From Lingula anatina (taxonomy: Eukaryota > Animalia > Brachiopoda): a stretch of 64,000 nucleotides of DNA. How positions within the stretch are numbered: the first letter of the stretch is position 1; each line of letters begins with the position of its first letter. This document shows positions 47,975 to 61,877 of this stretch, in pieces. The stretch spans positions 12,524,001-12,588,000 of the forward strand of contig CM120645.1 in NCBI GenBank assembly GCA_051362555.1. Reading direction: 5' to 3'. The position numbers and the translations under genes are program-made. Below the pieces are notes generated by a model. That model was not told the DNA's origin. It was given only the letters and a program-made list of their open reading frames with translations, and did no database searches.

Positions 47975-50900
47975 TATTTGCGTCTTTGCCACACCCTTCG
48001 GTGTCGCATTTAAAGCTACGTGTCTACACCTGGTCCATCCACCGCGCCAGTAACCTTACTTAAATATGAGGTTCTCGTGCAGTTGCCCGTCAATGTCTTT
48101 TTTTTTTTTTGCTGATGTCAAAAATGATGTATATAAATACTTCAGTTAAAAAATCTAATATTTGTCATTTTAAGAATTTGCAACAGGTGCTTTATATTTT
48201 CAGCTCTGTTATATGCCCATAAGCACAAATAAATTATGCGGTCGTGACCTGTGACCAAATAACCTGTTGAAAAAAGGGATTTCATAAGCGTCAATAGTTC
48301 AACACTCTATTTACATTCCAATATCAATTTCTATCAACAACCTTAATAAGTTATTGTGGTTTTAGTGATTGTTCCTCAACACAGCATGCTTAATATAAAA
48401 TTCATCCACGCTCTTAAAATTATTCGTGCTAGTGCAAAAATTGTAAGTGATCTCCACAATACGTTATGCAACGACTACATGAATAAAATCAATATCTTTG
48501 GTAAAACAAAGCACAAATAAATCATCCTTGAAACTACGGGTTCTTAGCTTAAATAGCATCCTTCAGCACACAGCATACACTGGTAGGGGTAATGACGCAC
48601 TGATCACTTTCACCTGATGTGACGTGCTTTTAAGCTATAATAAAATGCTGTAGAGCGTGTGTGAAATAATACTTTATGTATAAGCTTATTGTTACTGTAC
48701 AGAGAACTATTGCTTAGTAAATAAACATTTTGTATAAAAAAGAAACATAAGGAAGGATGGGTCAACACAGTACTTTATCGAACTCCCAAATCATGTTAGT
48801 AGGTCCCTTTATTAATCTTCCAAAACAGGAGAAGTACGTATGCTCTCTAGTTATCGGTATTTATGTCCTCTCATACTTTGTCAAACTAGTGAAATGTTTG
48901 TTTACTAGTCAGATACACATGACGTAACGAGTAAACAAGTTTATAATTCTCAAGTTTGCATTTTTCGAGTGGTATGCACCACATAAATGCATTTCTTCAG
49001 TATCAAAACAAAGTGAATAATTGATTATCAGCATGCAACTTAAGAATGGCAGCAGGTTACACTCCATGTAACGCATACAAATTACTACTACTGTTTTCTT
49101 CACATAAGTCATGAGTCATGTACTAAATAACCCAAATTAATCACTCTGTCAGCAAAAAAAAAAAAAAAATAATAATAATAATAATAAATAAATAATAATA
49201 ATAAATAAATAAAATAAAAATAAAAAGTCTGCTAGTAATCTTGGCCTACTGTCCGTCCCTCAAGTTCACGTTGCAATGGAAAATGAAGGAGATAATGAAA
49301 CGAAACCCTGTGGTATTTTTAAAGTTTTAATATTTGAAACTGTATGGCTTCATTTGGTCGGGATTAGTAAATTAATCATTCTGTCAGAAAAAAAAAAAAA
49401 AAAAAAACTGCGCCTCCTTCATATGTCTGCTCGTATTCTTGGCCTACTGTAATTTAAGTTCACATTGCAACGAAAAATGGTGGAAAAATGTAACGAAACC
49501 CTGTGGTGTTTTTTTTTCAGCTTTAATTTTTGAAACTATATGGTTGCATTTGGTCGGATTTAGTACTTTTATACTTTGACATGTCTATTCCCTTAATTTG
49601 TAACTTTTAAGTGTCATGTCGTCTAAATACATCCAAATACATAACCTGCACAAAAAATGGGAAAAAAATTAAAATGGCAATGAATTTCATAAGGATTAAA
49701 AGAAATATAAAGACTTTGGGTACAGTGTTTTTAATGATTAGAAAAGGACATTGGCGAATGAATATAAAATATCAGATGGAATCCGAATCCTGTGAAATCC
49801 ATTTTGATAAAGTACATATTTTTGTATCTCGTGTTGCTATCCCCTAAGCTTATTTAACTTATTTTAAAAAAGACAAGGACAATAAACTCTGGGAATATTT
49901 TTTATATTTTTTTAACTGATAAAGCAACATTTTATGTGAATTAAAATAGGAAAAGTTTCTTCTATGTTCCGTTATGGTAATCATATACTTTCACACTTTA
50001 TGTGCATTCTAAGTCAATTCCCTCAGCCTTGCCGTCGGAAATGGACTTGTAAGTTACGTATCCAACTCTGGTCCATCCATTGTGTCCAGTGACCTTGTTT
50101 AAACGTGAGGTTCTCGTGCAGCTGCCGGTCGATGCCCTTTTGCTGACGTCATAAATCGTGTATATTAATATTTCAGTGTCTAAAAGTCGAATATTTGTCA
50201 TTTAAAGATTTTGCACCAGATGACTTGTATTTTCAGTTCTGTTACAGGCCCGTAAGCATTGAAATTATAACCTCTTTACTTTTAGCTGAAGTAAACAAAT
50301 AAACTATGCGGTCGTGCGAAAAATAAAACAAATTCACACATTATAAAGAACCCTGCACTTTTTTCTTGTTACAGATGTCATTCAACTTGAAATTTTAGTG
50401 TTTTAAATCACTTCTGTTTGGCACATGATGAGAAAAATTAAGTGAACAAATGGAGTTCTGTAATGCGTGTAAGAAGTCATTACGTATCAAAATTAAGTTG
50501 TCCTCATATATTTTTCTGTCAAAAGCCAAATACATTTCAAAAGAATGGAACAGTTTTTAGCCCATGCGTCAATAATTCACATGGTATCTTGTGTTTAAGT
50601 ACCGTACTATTAAAGGGCTATGCAAAACGTTGTTTGCACGAATTCTGCATGTACATGAACAGACAAATTTAATGTCAAGTTTGAATTGGCTCAGTTTAAA
50701 AAATAAATCAGATAAAGTTTTCGCGACACTTTTCAATGTGCATGTTGTGAACATTGAACTGTTCTCTGTGTTCATTGAGCATGTATGAACGTAACTTGAA
50801 TTCTGCTAAAATATAAAAATCTAGTTTTTTTTCACGACTGTGCTAATTTCTGTCTGATTAACTTCCACGTACCGGGTACGACAGGTATCCTCTGAAATAG

Positions 50901-52076
50901 TCGACATTTCTGAAATTTCGCAAACTTCACATACAACAGTGAGTCAAGAACAGTGTGTGTGTGTTTGTTTCCCTTTCGCCTCCCCAAATGTTATCTACCT
51001 GTGACCGAATAATCTGTTTCACAAGAAATTTGAAAAAAAAAAAGTGTTTTCACAAGTTTCATGATTACAAATTTCAAAAAGAATCCACTTACCATATAGC
51101 AAAGCGTGGTAAGAACCAATACGCCTGTAGAACCTGAAAAGAGAAGAGTCCTTGTCAGACAAACCTTTTGCCAGATAATTGTAAAACATGAGCTTTAACC
51201 ATCTGACTATTAACACTCTACAATAAAACATCATCATGATCAAAGAACTGATATAATAGCGGAATCTTAATATGTCTTGTAACATCGTGTACATATTTCT
51301 AATCGTGACTTAATTTTAATGATTGTACCTTAACACAACATGTTGTATATAATTTATTCGTGCTAATGCAAAAATTATGATTGATCTCCACAATGCAACG
51401 ACTACTTGAATAAAATCAATATCTTTGGTAAAACGAAGCATAAAAACTACTGGTTGTTTGCTTTAATACTATCCATCAGCGTACAGCATATGGAGGTAAT
51501 GACGATCTGATCACTTTATTTCACGTGATGTGAGGTGGTTTAGAGCTATGATAGTTTGATGGAGAGAGTGTGTGATACAATACTTTATGTGAAAATTTAT
51601 TGTAAATGTACAGAGAATTATTGTTTGGCAAATACACATTTGTATAAAAAATAAGAAAAAAATCAAAAGGAAAGGTGGGTTAACTCCGCACTTCATCAAA
51701 TGGGAATTCCGATATCATGTTATTAGGTCCTTTTAATCTTCCAAAACAAGATAAGTACGTATGCTATCATGTTATCGGTATTCATGTCCTCTCATACTTT
51801 GTTAAACTGGTGAAAAGTTTGTTTTCGAGTCAGATACACGTGAGGTAACGAATAAACAAGGTTTAATTTACCAGGTTTGCTTTTCACGACTGGTATGCAT
51901 TATATAAAAGCATTTTCAAAACAAAGCGAATAATTGATTATTGCTGTGTAACTTGAAAATGCAAACATGTAACAAGCGAAATCGCAGCGTTTTAGAGTCA
52001 ATGTAACGCATACAAATTACCACTATCTGTCTCTTACATAACTCATGTAAAAAATAACCCAAATTAATTACTCTGT

Positions 52077-52085
<9 letters not shown>
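47975..52085. repeat. Diverged local duplication: ~47975-49170 versus ~50020-50320 plus ~50995-52085
   Basis: Colinear shared blocks: gaggttctcgtgcag, gatctccacaat, gaataaaatcaatatctttggtaaaac, atgtcctctcatactttg, aataacccaaattaat. Confidence 0.8.
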
Positions 52086-52125
<40 letters not shown>

Positions 52126-52509
52126 TTGAAACTGCACTGTCTTATATGCCTTATTATATACATCGTTACAGTTGTCCTGCGAAGTCCGTACTGTCCTGGC
52201 ACACTGCCCTTATGTCCCCTGTGCGGCGTCTGTGTGGCGGGCGGCGTCGTAAGGATTCGCGACCTCCGTGGCTTCTAATACTTCTATTTGTCAATCTTTA
52301 ATTTCTGAATTTTTTTTTAAATCGTAACTCCGCATATAATAGCAATATCATAGATTTCAAAAATATTGGCATCGTTCGGTGGAATTCAGGTGATATTTCA
52401 GAGACGCAAAAAAGTGTAAAGGAGATAGGGTATTTGTGGGACATTTGCACGGGCATCGCTTCCGCAGAATCTTTGCAGCAAAAAAAGAAAAAAAAAGTAA
52501 AAAAAAAAT

Positions 52510-52960
52510 TCCTGATATCAATCTCCTTTACCATTTTTGTACAAGCGTTCTTTGGTGTGACTCAACGGGAAATTGATTTGTTTTTGGACAACTACGCTTT
52601 TGTTGGAGAGTTATCTGTACTTTTTCTGCCTGTTTCAGTAGAATCTTTATAGCTGACAAAAACAAAGGTAAATCAAATTTATCATGATATCAATCTCTCA
52701 TACCACTTTTACATAAGCATGCTTCGGCGTGACCCAACGGTAAATTAATTTGTTTTTGGATAACTACGCTTTTGTTGGGGAGTTATCTGTCTTTTTGTGC
52801 CTTTTTTAGTAGAATCTTTGCACGTGCAAAAAGAGTACAAAGGTAAAAACATCTATCCGGACATCAATCACTTTAACCACTTTTACATAAGCACGCTACG
52901 GCGTGACCCAACGGTTGATTGGATTGGATTTTGAGAACTAGGCTTTTGTTGGGTATTTCC
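52510..52960. repeat. Three degenerate ~170-bp tandem units
   Basis: atcaatc...tacca(c/t)tttt...gtgac(c/t)caacgg...gcttttgttgg recurs near 52515, 52690 and 52862. Confidence 0.75.
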
Positions 52961-54254
52961 CGGAAGTAAACTTTATGTTAGCCCTCACGCAAAACCCAGA
53001 CACGCAAGCTTTCGTAACTTCACCGTAAATTAGGTTATCTTTATTGTCATCTATATTGTACTTTGAGGTGTCCTTAAAGGATGCATTACAAATTCAATAG
53101 CATTCTCAAAAAGTAACTTAAAAAAAGAAAATACGTGCATGGAAACAATATACGCCTTTTTTTGGGGGGGGGGGGGGGGCGGCAAGAGAATGCTGGTAAA
53201 ATCGAGTCTTCAGTTGGAAAACGATTATCAAAGAACAAACATACCTATACTAGCAGGCAGACAAAAAAGTGACATGGGTTTATGTGCTCACTTTGGCGCC
53301 CTTTCAAACAACACTATAATAGCATAGAATGGCGTACGATTTAAATATAATTTGTCCTCCATATAACTGAAAAATGATATGATGAGACATTTATATTATT
53401 TGTCAGTAATGCTTTGAAAAACGAGTTTAGTGCATGCATAAATGCATCTTTTTTCATTGATCACCATGATCATCATTTTCTTTTCAATTTCACGCATAGT
53501 GCGCATTACCTTTTTTTCTTCACATTTCAGTTCATGCTGTGGGCTGGAATAAAAACTGCAATATATTTCCTTTATTTTTCGAAATAGTTCGGTTATGCCA
53601 GAAATCAGTTGACGTTAGCTGCTAGTTGTAAAAAGTCTTTATATATATTGAATTTGAGGACAGGAGTCTCCATGTAGCCTCCCCTGCTTCATGCATTTAA
53701 AACTGACGTGGTTGATAAATGTACTTTGACATTTGCATGAAGATGGATGTAACAGGTCTATGAGAATTGGAGATACAATGCTTATTAAAAAAAAACAAAA
53801 CAAACAAACAAAAAAAAAAAACAGAAGCCAATAGAAAAAGCTTCCTGAACTATAGATATAACCATCCGAATGGTGTAAAATTAGTATCTTATAATTCAAA
53901 TGAGTGACTAGCTAAGTTTTAAATTTCCTTTTAAATCAATGTATTTTTTCTTTTGCTCGTTTAAACCTAGTTTCTGTATCTTACATTAACAACTAGAAGG
54001 GCCTCCGGTAGCCAGTAGGCATACTTGAAACACAAAATGACCTTTTGTAAACCATATATACCCTAAATCACGCGATCAATATAACAAAGACACGAATCAG
54101 AACAATTACCTTACTTTTAAAAAAAATACACACAAAAAAAATGAATGAAATCCAAAATAAGCAAGTTACACGCACAAAATTCACTATAAAAAGAGCGGAC
54201 CGAACGTCTTCTCATCGTGTCGATATTTGATCGTCTCACTAGCAAGTCAGGACC

Positions 54255-54482
54255 ATGATGCTGAAGGCTGTCTGTCTCCTCGCTATCTTAGCCGTGGCGT
54301 GTGCCGTCCCCGGTACATACTTCTACCCAGGACCAGATGGTCGCATCACATACTACCCCCAGGGTTACCAGCTGGATGCTGCAGCCCAAGCCCGTGGCTC
54401 GGCCAACTATGCCGGTATTGTGAACAGATATCTGAGGCGCGGTTACTATGGAAAACGCGGCTACCGCCGGTACTACTATTAG
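54255..54482 (+). CDS. Small secreted Tyr/Gly/Arg-rich protein (75 aa)
   Basis: TATAAAA at ~54185, ACCATG start, hydrophobic signal peptide MMLKAVCLLAILAVACA, GC-rich codons against an AT-rich background, putative 3' UTR intron 54508-54813 and AATAAA at ~55052. Confidence 0.85.
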   Translation: MMLKAVCLLAILAVACAVPGTYFYPGPDGRITYYPQGYQLDAAAQARGSANYAGIVNRYLRRGYYGKRGYRRYYY

Positions 54483-56399
54483 GCGCAGTGCCAGGATGGC
54501 TTATTGGGTGAGTAATTGGCACTTAAAACTATATTTTTATGTAAAATTCTAACTAGTTATTTTTTTCTTAAATTTCAAAAAGTGCTCTAGTGCTTATCGT
54601 TCTAAGATGCGAAACCTAAAGAATTAAGAAAATGAAGGGTTTTATCAGCCGTACTGTGCTTAACACACCGTCAAATTCAAATGAAAGATTTTAAAGTTAT
54701 GCGGTATCGGTACCGAAGTTTTGCGATCAGGCGTGTCCATATCAAAACGTGACTTTTTTTATAACTACAGTGTATTTTTAAGTTGTGGAACTCATGTATT
54801 TTTTTCTTTCCAGCAATTACAGACTTGAACAATTTGGGACAGAAAAAAATATCCGAAGATTAAAACAACCCCAGTGCGTCGCCATAAACAAGAAAACAGT
54901 TCTACAGCATTCAGAACCCGTCTTCTGGTCCAGGTACCTGTGAGACGATACTTGCGCAGCCTGGCTTCGTGAGAACGACGTCCCCGAAACAACTATGTAC
55001 TAGTATTTTACACAGTCAAATCTTGTGAGATGTCCCTATAAACTGTTTAACAATAAAACATTTTAATTGCCAATCATTGTCCGTTTTTATTCGTTATATG
55101 CTCAGTCAGAGACCGTGAAACTGACACAAATGAATAAAAAGGCTAGGTTATAAAAATTTAAAAATCAAAATGTTTAATAATAATAATAAGTTGGAGGAAA
55201 TAGAACGGCCCGGATCATATTTTCCTTCCATTGTGCTACACACTTCGTAGTACGCTCGTAGTGTGCTCTGCTTGTATTAGAGTTCATAAGTAGAATAAAT
55301 GCAGATAAATAATATTCATTGACAATTGTAATAATGAATCCTCAGAACTAAGACAGTAGCATTCAAACCCGACGTATGGGAAATAAAAAAAGACAGAATG
55401 TCATCCATGTAACACGGGTCCTTTCCGAGTTGACGGAAATAAACGTTTAAAGTCAAACTCGGCTGTACATGTCAACTTGTTTGGAAAACAAACGATTGTC
55501 GTAAAATCGCTATATGTTAAAAAAAAAACTGGGTGCATAAACTTAATATCTCCATAAAACGACCATAAACTGCCCTACTTATACTGTGATACTAGTTTAC
55601 CATTATAAAAAAACGATCAAAAGCGATTAAAGTATTCAAAACTAATGTCGCATTATCCCAAAAAAGGAGCCATACCACTGGACCGGTACTTTTTGATTGC
55701 CCCTGGCTGCGTCAGTTTGTCCACATAACAGAATATTGTGTCCAAGCACTGTTAAACTCAAGTAGGCTACCTCCTCTTTGACATCGCGTAACAAGTGACA
55801 GTGCATGATCACGCTGAGATGTAAATTCCCCGTGCCATCCTTTTCCGTGAGCCAGTTATGCGACCTCTGAGCGTAAGACACGTCCGGTTCGACAGGTGTT
55901 CCAAAACCTAGTTATTAGACGACACGGGTCGTACCGTTTTCGGCTTGACTGTGTGTATTCCATACGGATGATATACTGTAAACGAACGACGGGACCTGAA
56001 AGATTGGAGATAGGCGTGCCAAGTTTGAGGCCGAACCGATGCCTGGCACAAAATTTATTTCGATTATTATCGTTCGTGATCGGTAATTTTGTTTCACAAG
56101 CTAACAATATTTATTGTCTCTTTGGGGTTATTTTGCGACATTCGTTTTATATCAGCAGTTTTTGGCAACAGTTTAACCCATAATGCAATTGTCGAGCATA
56201 CGTGTAACGGTTTTCTAGGTTTCTGCAAAGTGAAGAAAGAAACCTAACTGGGAAAGTTGCCCTTAATGATATCCCTTCGATGGATTCTTCATTATACATG
56301 TCCACAAAATGAACTGGCACACCAATTTTGATGTAAAAAGAGTAGATAAGAGAAAGTGAGAGCTCCGGCAGTATGATGAAAAATTATACTAGGCTACCT

Positions 56400-57362
56400 G
56401 GGTATCATAATTGTTTGCTGTTGATTTTTACGTCAGGTTATAACGTTATGACGCAGCGTGTATGTTGTACATTGTTTCGTCACAAATATTAGGCGCCATT
56501 TCCTGGTGATATTTTGACTACAGCGTTAACACAAACATCAGAGAAGAAATATGGAAATATCGATTTACAATTTTACTTATCACTATTAATTCAGGAGATC
56601 TTAACTTTTTCGCATTATAAGTTAAGACTTCATATGCTTCAACTTTGACAATAGGCTTTGATATGGATTTATTTCATGGACTGACCACATCTTGCAATAG
56701 ATAACGAAGAAAGTTACTTAGATTATATTAATATTGCTCAAAACGTACATTTGACTAAAACGCGTATTTGCGTTGGTCATCGGTTTTGTTACAATTAATT
56801 GTACGTTGTTTATTAGCGCTGTTGGAAATATTCTTCCTGTTTTTATGCAAGGTAAATACGCTTTTATTAAATTCATTATGGTTAGGCCTATATAAAGTAT
56901 GAGTTTAATGAAATGTATTCAAATCGTTTCCAAATAGTTTGACGTTTATGAAAGAATAATGAAAATGATTCATTTTGCTTCAGGGACCACCTCTAATATT
57001 CAGTGGTGGAACACTACTCCAACTCCCATCTAAAGTCCAAAAAAGAATAACGTAGCAATTGCAAAATGCCTCTTATGTCCCGACATGTTGAAAAAGTCCG
57101 GGCAAAGTGAACAGACTGTTTACTGTTAATGACAAGTAAAATAATTTTAACATAGCCCCTTATGTCATGATTTGATTTTAGATTAATCTTTATAAGATGT
57201 ATCTAGACTGTAAACTTGCCTTGGATGGATCTTATGAATAATTTTATTGTTCCTTTTGTGGCAAGGATCTCCTGCGCGACTGTCCACAAACCTGTGTTAA
57301 TGCTCGTTATATTTTCTAAAACTTTGTAGCTGTATCCCGGACGAGCTCAGAATTTTTATAAC
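56400..57362 (+). pseudogene. Decayed copy of the tRNA-Pro array unit; only the tRNA 3' end remains
   Basis: Spacer homology (tacgtcaggttataacg, tgtttcgtcacaaa, ctagactgtaaact) and atcccggacgagct at ~57334. Confidence 0.7.
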
Positions 57363-57859
57363 TCTGACAATCACCTACTTTGAGATAAAAGTAAGCATTT
57401 GTCTCAAAAACGTATTTTAATACAATTCTAAACTTCTTCAAAAAAAGCTCCATTTTTTGTTTTAATTCTATCAAATCCTATGCAGAGCTTGGAACTATAT
57501 GATATATCTTGCAGATATACTGAAAGAAAACTGAAATGGGAAACACTAAATCAAGATCTTTGACCAAAGATACCAGTTTTTTTTCTAGACCATATGTCTG
57601 AATTTTCCAACTCAGATAATTTAGGGCAGTGTTGTTGCTTTCTCTCTTCCTTATGCTAACTTCACCGAGAGCCCGTATACCATGTGATTGTTACGTCATA
57701 GCAGAAATGAAACGTCTACATTGTACATTTATGCTTGGCCATTGTAAAACGTCACTTCCTGGTGATGTGTTGACGACATTGTAAATGAAAATGACATAGA
57801 TGCAGCTGATAAGTAGCACTGAGTTTCACAAAGGATTTTGTCGTTTTCGAAGACAGGAG

Positions 57860-58015
57860 GACACTCGTGTAATGGGGTATGCCTCCATGTTGGGCACGTC
57901 CAAATATATAGTTTCCAATTTCCACCTCAAGCAGGTCTAGATCTGTTTCCTGGATTAAACAGTCAAAGGGGCTGCAAAGGAAGACTGGCACTTATAGGCC
58001 TATTTGTTCTAGAAT
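57860..58015 (-). pseudogene. Relic of the last exon of the ODC-like gene
   Basis: gtatgcctccatgttgggcacgt matches ~28537-28559; translation MPVF...PFDCLIQE...LEVEIGNYIF parallels MPVF...PHDCITQE...ELDIGDWLY. Confidence 0.75.
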
Positions 58016-58758
58016 TTAAGAAAATGCCATAAGGAAAGAGAACACCGTAAATGAAAAGTATTCAATAATGTGAAGTGCCCTGTTCAGCAGCCATTTTATG
58101 TTTTAGCTACCCAGTGTTTTACGTGTCCACTGAATGTAGTAAAAAGGTCAGAATGTTTGTGTTTATAAATTCGGCCATTATGCTCGTACACAATGTACTC
58201 TCTGCAAATATATAGGCCTACTCGTATTTTTCACTTTTACCTCCGGCAAGAAATTTCTTTTTTAACCTTTTTATTTGTCTTTTTGATCGTCCCCAGTCAA
58301 ACTCCAAAAAGTTGTGGATGGATTTTGATGACATTTTCAGGAAAGGTGAAACATTACTTACAACTTTAAATAAAGTGATCAGATTTTGAAAGATCTGGGA
58401 TGTTTGAAAGGACTTTTCGCCATTGCGAGGTAGGGCCGATGACGGTCACAATGTGCAATGGTTGTTCTCTCAACTACCACAATCTATTGGTGCATGGTGC
58501 TTGGCGGAGATCTGGACTCCCTGAAAACTTTTCTTGTTTCTCATTAAAACACATGATATACTTACTTAAAAAACATAAGGATCTGTAGTATATTTTTAAA
58601 GCAAAAATGCAATACAATTCTTCCGCACCCTTATGCAATCAAAATATATGGCCTGATATGACATGTGGCTCTATCCCGACGTGGCGTAATCCGCCATATT
58701 GTGCCCCATCTTGGCATCTCCCCATGCTAACACCTGCAACTTCTCAAAATTAGGTCGG

Positions 58759-59092
58759 ATGGCGGGTGATGGGTCGACGTTGCAGTACGAGCAAGCATGG
58801 CGATTTGCACTGGCTGGTACGTCCAACATGTGTGCTGCTGCAGGTACTTATACTGATATACTTTTTTTTCCTTTTCATCACTCTCTCCCGCGCGCTAGCG
58901 TGATTAATAATTTAACATATTGCATGGAAGTGCATGGAAAGAAGACCCCATCTCATAGCACCCAGACCCCACCCGGGTATACTAGATCTGTAACCAGATT
59001 TGATTTTCGATTTATTATCAATTATTTTATTTCATTTTATAATTTATAATTTGTAGAACTATGGTTATGGGTTTTGACCAAGTTTCCATTTC

Positions 59093-59128
<36 letters not shown>

Positions 59129-60875
59129 TTTTTGAAAAAAAAAAAAAACTGAAAATCTCCAGATTTCACTACCTCAAGAGTTGGCCATAAAAATTGCAGG
59201 TATAAAATATTACTTAATATAATAAAATTACATTATTCATTTCAGTCACCAACCCCATTGATGTGATTAAGATCCGAATGCAACTGGACAATGAGCTCAC
59301 TAAAGGAGGGGGAAGTGTGTTCAAAGACCGTTACTACCAGGGCTTTCTAAAGGGAGGGGTTCGAATAGTCCACGATGAAGGTGTGCGAGGACTCTACAAA
59401 GGGTTAGTCTTAATTATTAACCTCTGACACTCATATCAGTGACCATAAAAAGGAGTGCTGAGGCTTGAATCTGTCGCTATAATACATTATTATGGCATAG
59501 CAGTTTTCTGTAATGAATTGGAAAACAGGCAAAATTTGTTAGAACATTTCTTAGGGATATGTTTGAATAGCAGAGACATTTATCAAAGTCACCACATATC
59601 TTAAATTTGATTAACATTAAATATTAAATAGTTATTATAGGGTAGGGAGAAATACTGCAAAAGTACTGGTTTCTCTCTCCAGTTTACCAGCCAGCCTCAT
59701 GCGTGAAGGCAGCTATAGCACCATACGGCTTGGAGCCTACGAGCCGATGAAGAAACTATTTGGTGCCACAGATCCAGCTCATACACCGCTCTGGAAGAAG
59801 ATCTGTGCTGGCGCAGTCTCTGGTGAGGATGGCATTGGGAATGGTCTCTTAGACTTTAGGACATTAGTCTTACCCTTTAACTATTTAACCCACTCTTTAA
59901 ATAGTCTTCTAAAACCGCTAGGTCTTCATCAAATACAAAATATACTTGTCAGAAGATGCAATCTTCAGATGATGCAGAATTAATGGAAAACAATACTGGT
60001 ACTGCTAAAGATATCACATTGATTTGATTACTAACTTTTAGAAATTCTTCTTTTTTAATCCAACACCAAATCCATTAGGTGCGTATACCAATATCCATAC
60101 TTACCACAGACCTTGACAATCCTCTTTGAACGTGAAAGGTGTTTCTGTCTGACTGCTGCTTGCATGCCTGTGGTGTAGGTTAGCACATACTTACTTTTCC
60201 CACCAAATGCTTATAATGAAGCAATTTACTTGGAAAATTTCTGACAGAAGTTAGTTTATTTTTATTTTTTCACTTTTTGCAGTGAAAATATAATCAGTTG
60301 TTCTCTCAGAATTTGACACTTACCTTTACAGTGATTCTCACAAAAATGTAGACTTAAGTTGAAAATATCCATTTTTATTCAATACCTGGACCAATCAGAC
60401 ATAATATATTTTTTACTGCAATCCTCAGGTTCGATTGGCAGTGCTATAGCAACGCCCACTGACCTAGTCAAGGTCAGAATGCAGGCCGAGGGCAAGCTGA
60501 AGACTGGTCAGTCAGCTCGATACAGCAGTACCCTCTCCGCCTTCTCTGACATAGCAGCAGTGGAAGGCGTAAGGGGTTTGTGGACAGGGGTGGGACCCAC
60601 AGTGCAGAGGGCAGCCATTCTTACTGCAACACAGGTGAAGAGTTAAACTGGTCAATTTTGCATAATTTTTGTTTCCACTTTTTCAACTCTGTTTGCCTTG
60701 TTATAGCAGATTCATGAAATTTGGTGATATAATTTATTTTATTTAGCTTAAAAAGGAATATTGTAAACCTTTATCAGAAATTGTAATGTGGATGTGAGAC
60801 TAGACCAAGATGAATTAAACTCTTTGATTTCAAAAATGACATGCACACAGTTATGCATATGTTCATGCACACACA

Positions 60876-60921
<46 letters not shown>

Positions 60922-61840
60922 GTATAAGGCAACAATTTTGATGGCAAACCAGTTTAATTGACAGTGCCAGGCTATCAAATATTATACTTCTTCATATTCC
61001 TTTTCAAGTGAGTCTCATATTAAAAAAACCTGTAGCTTGGTATCTAGATTGATGCATAGTACCACAGCATACATTTGTGATGCTAACTGCTATGTATGTT
61101 ATGTGATGCACTTCATAAGATTAAAGGCATTAACACATACATGTAGACATTTTAACCTTCCTTTAACACATTTTTTATGAAAATTTCAATATAGATTCCA
61201 ACCTATGACCATACCAAGCACACGCTGTTGAACTCTGGTCTGATGACTGAGGGGATTCCCCTGCACATCACCAGCTCCATGGTGGCAGGCTTCATGACTG
61301 CGGTCACTACGTCACCAGTGGATGTGGTCAAGACAAGAGTAATGAACCAGAAAAAGATGGAAGGTACACCTGTTTGTTTTTACAAACGTGCATGCAACTT
61401 CTGGTCGTTGAATTCCTTAGTTGAAGACGTACAAAATAATTTCTGTTCTTTATGTAGATTATATGTCTGATTCATTTTCTACGTACTGTGCTATTAATGG
61501 TATGATTCTGTTATGAAGTGAATTGAGGCCATTTATTTTAATATTTATTTACTTATTTTATTATTATTATTATTTTGTAAAATATTATTCAAAGTAGCAT
61601 ATTTTATTTATTAAAAGATACTTATTGTTGCTTGAATGCTTGAATTATATCCTTTCAGGAAAACATGGCCATCTTTACAAGAGCTCATGGGACTGTGTGG
61701 TAAAGACGGTGAGATCAGAGGGAATTCTGGGATTGTACAAGGGTTTTTTCCCCAACTGGATGAGGATTGGGCCACACACGATTGTAACTTTCTTCATCTT
61801 TGAACAGCTAAGAAAGGCTGTTGGGATGGCCCCAGTGTGA
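58759..61840 (+). CDS. Mitochondrial carrier (SLC25), UCP-like / ucpB-like, 312 aa, 6 exons
   Basis: Exons 58759-58843, 59246-59402, 59683-59822, 60429-60634, 61195-61363 and 61659-61840 total 939 nt. Three carrier signatures [30 protein letters not shown]; UCP-type [10 protein letters not shown] and [13 protein letters not shown]. Confidence 0.93.
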
Positions 61841-61877
61841 AAAAAAAATTCTTTCATACGAAGAATTCTTCTTTTTT

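Noticed and set aside
55640-56280. GC-richer block with several short overlapping ORFs
   Set aside because: No protein motif or convincing TIR/TSD; probably an unclassified repeat.
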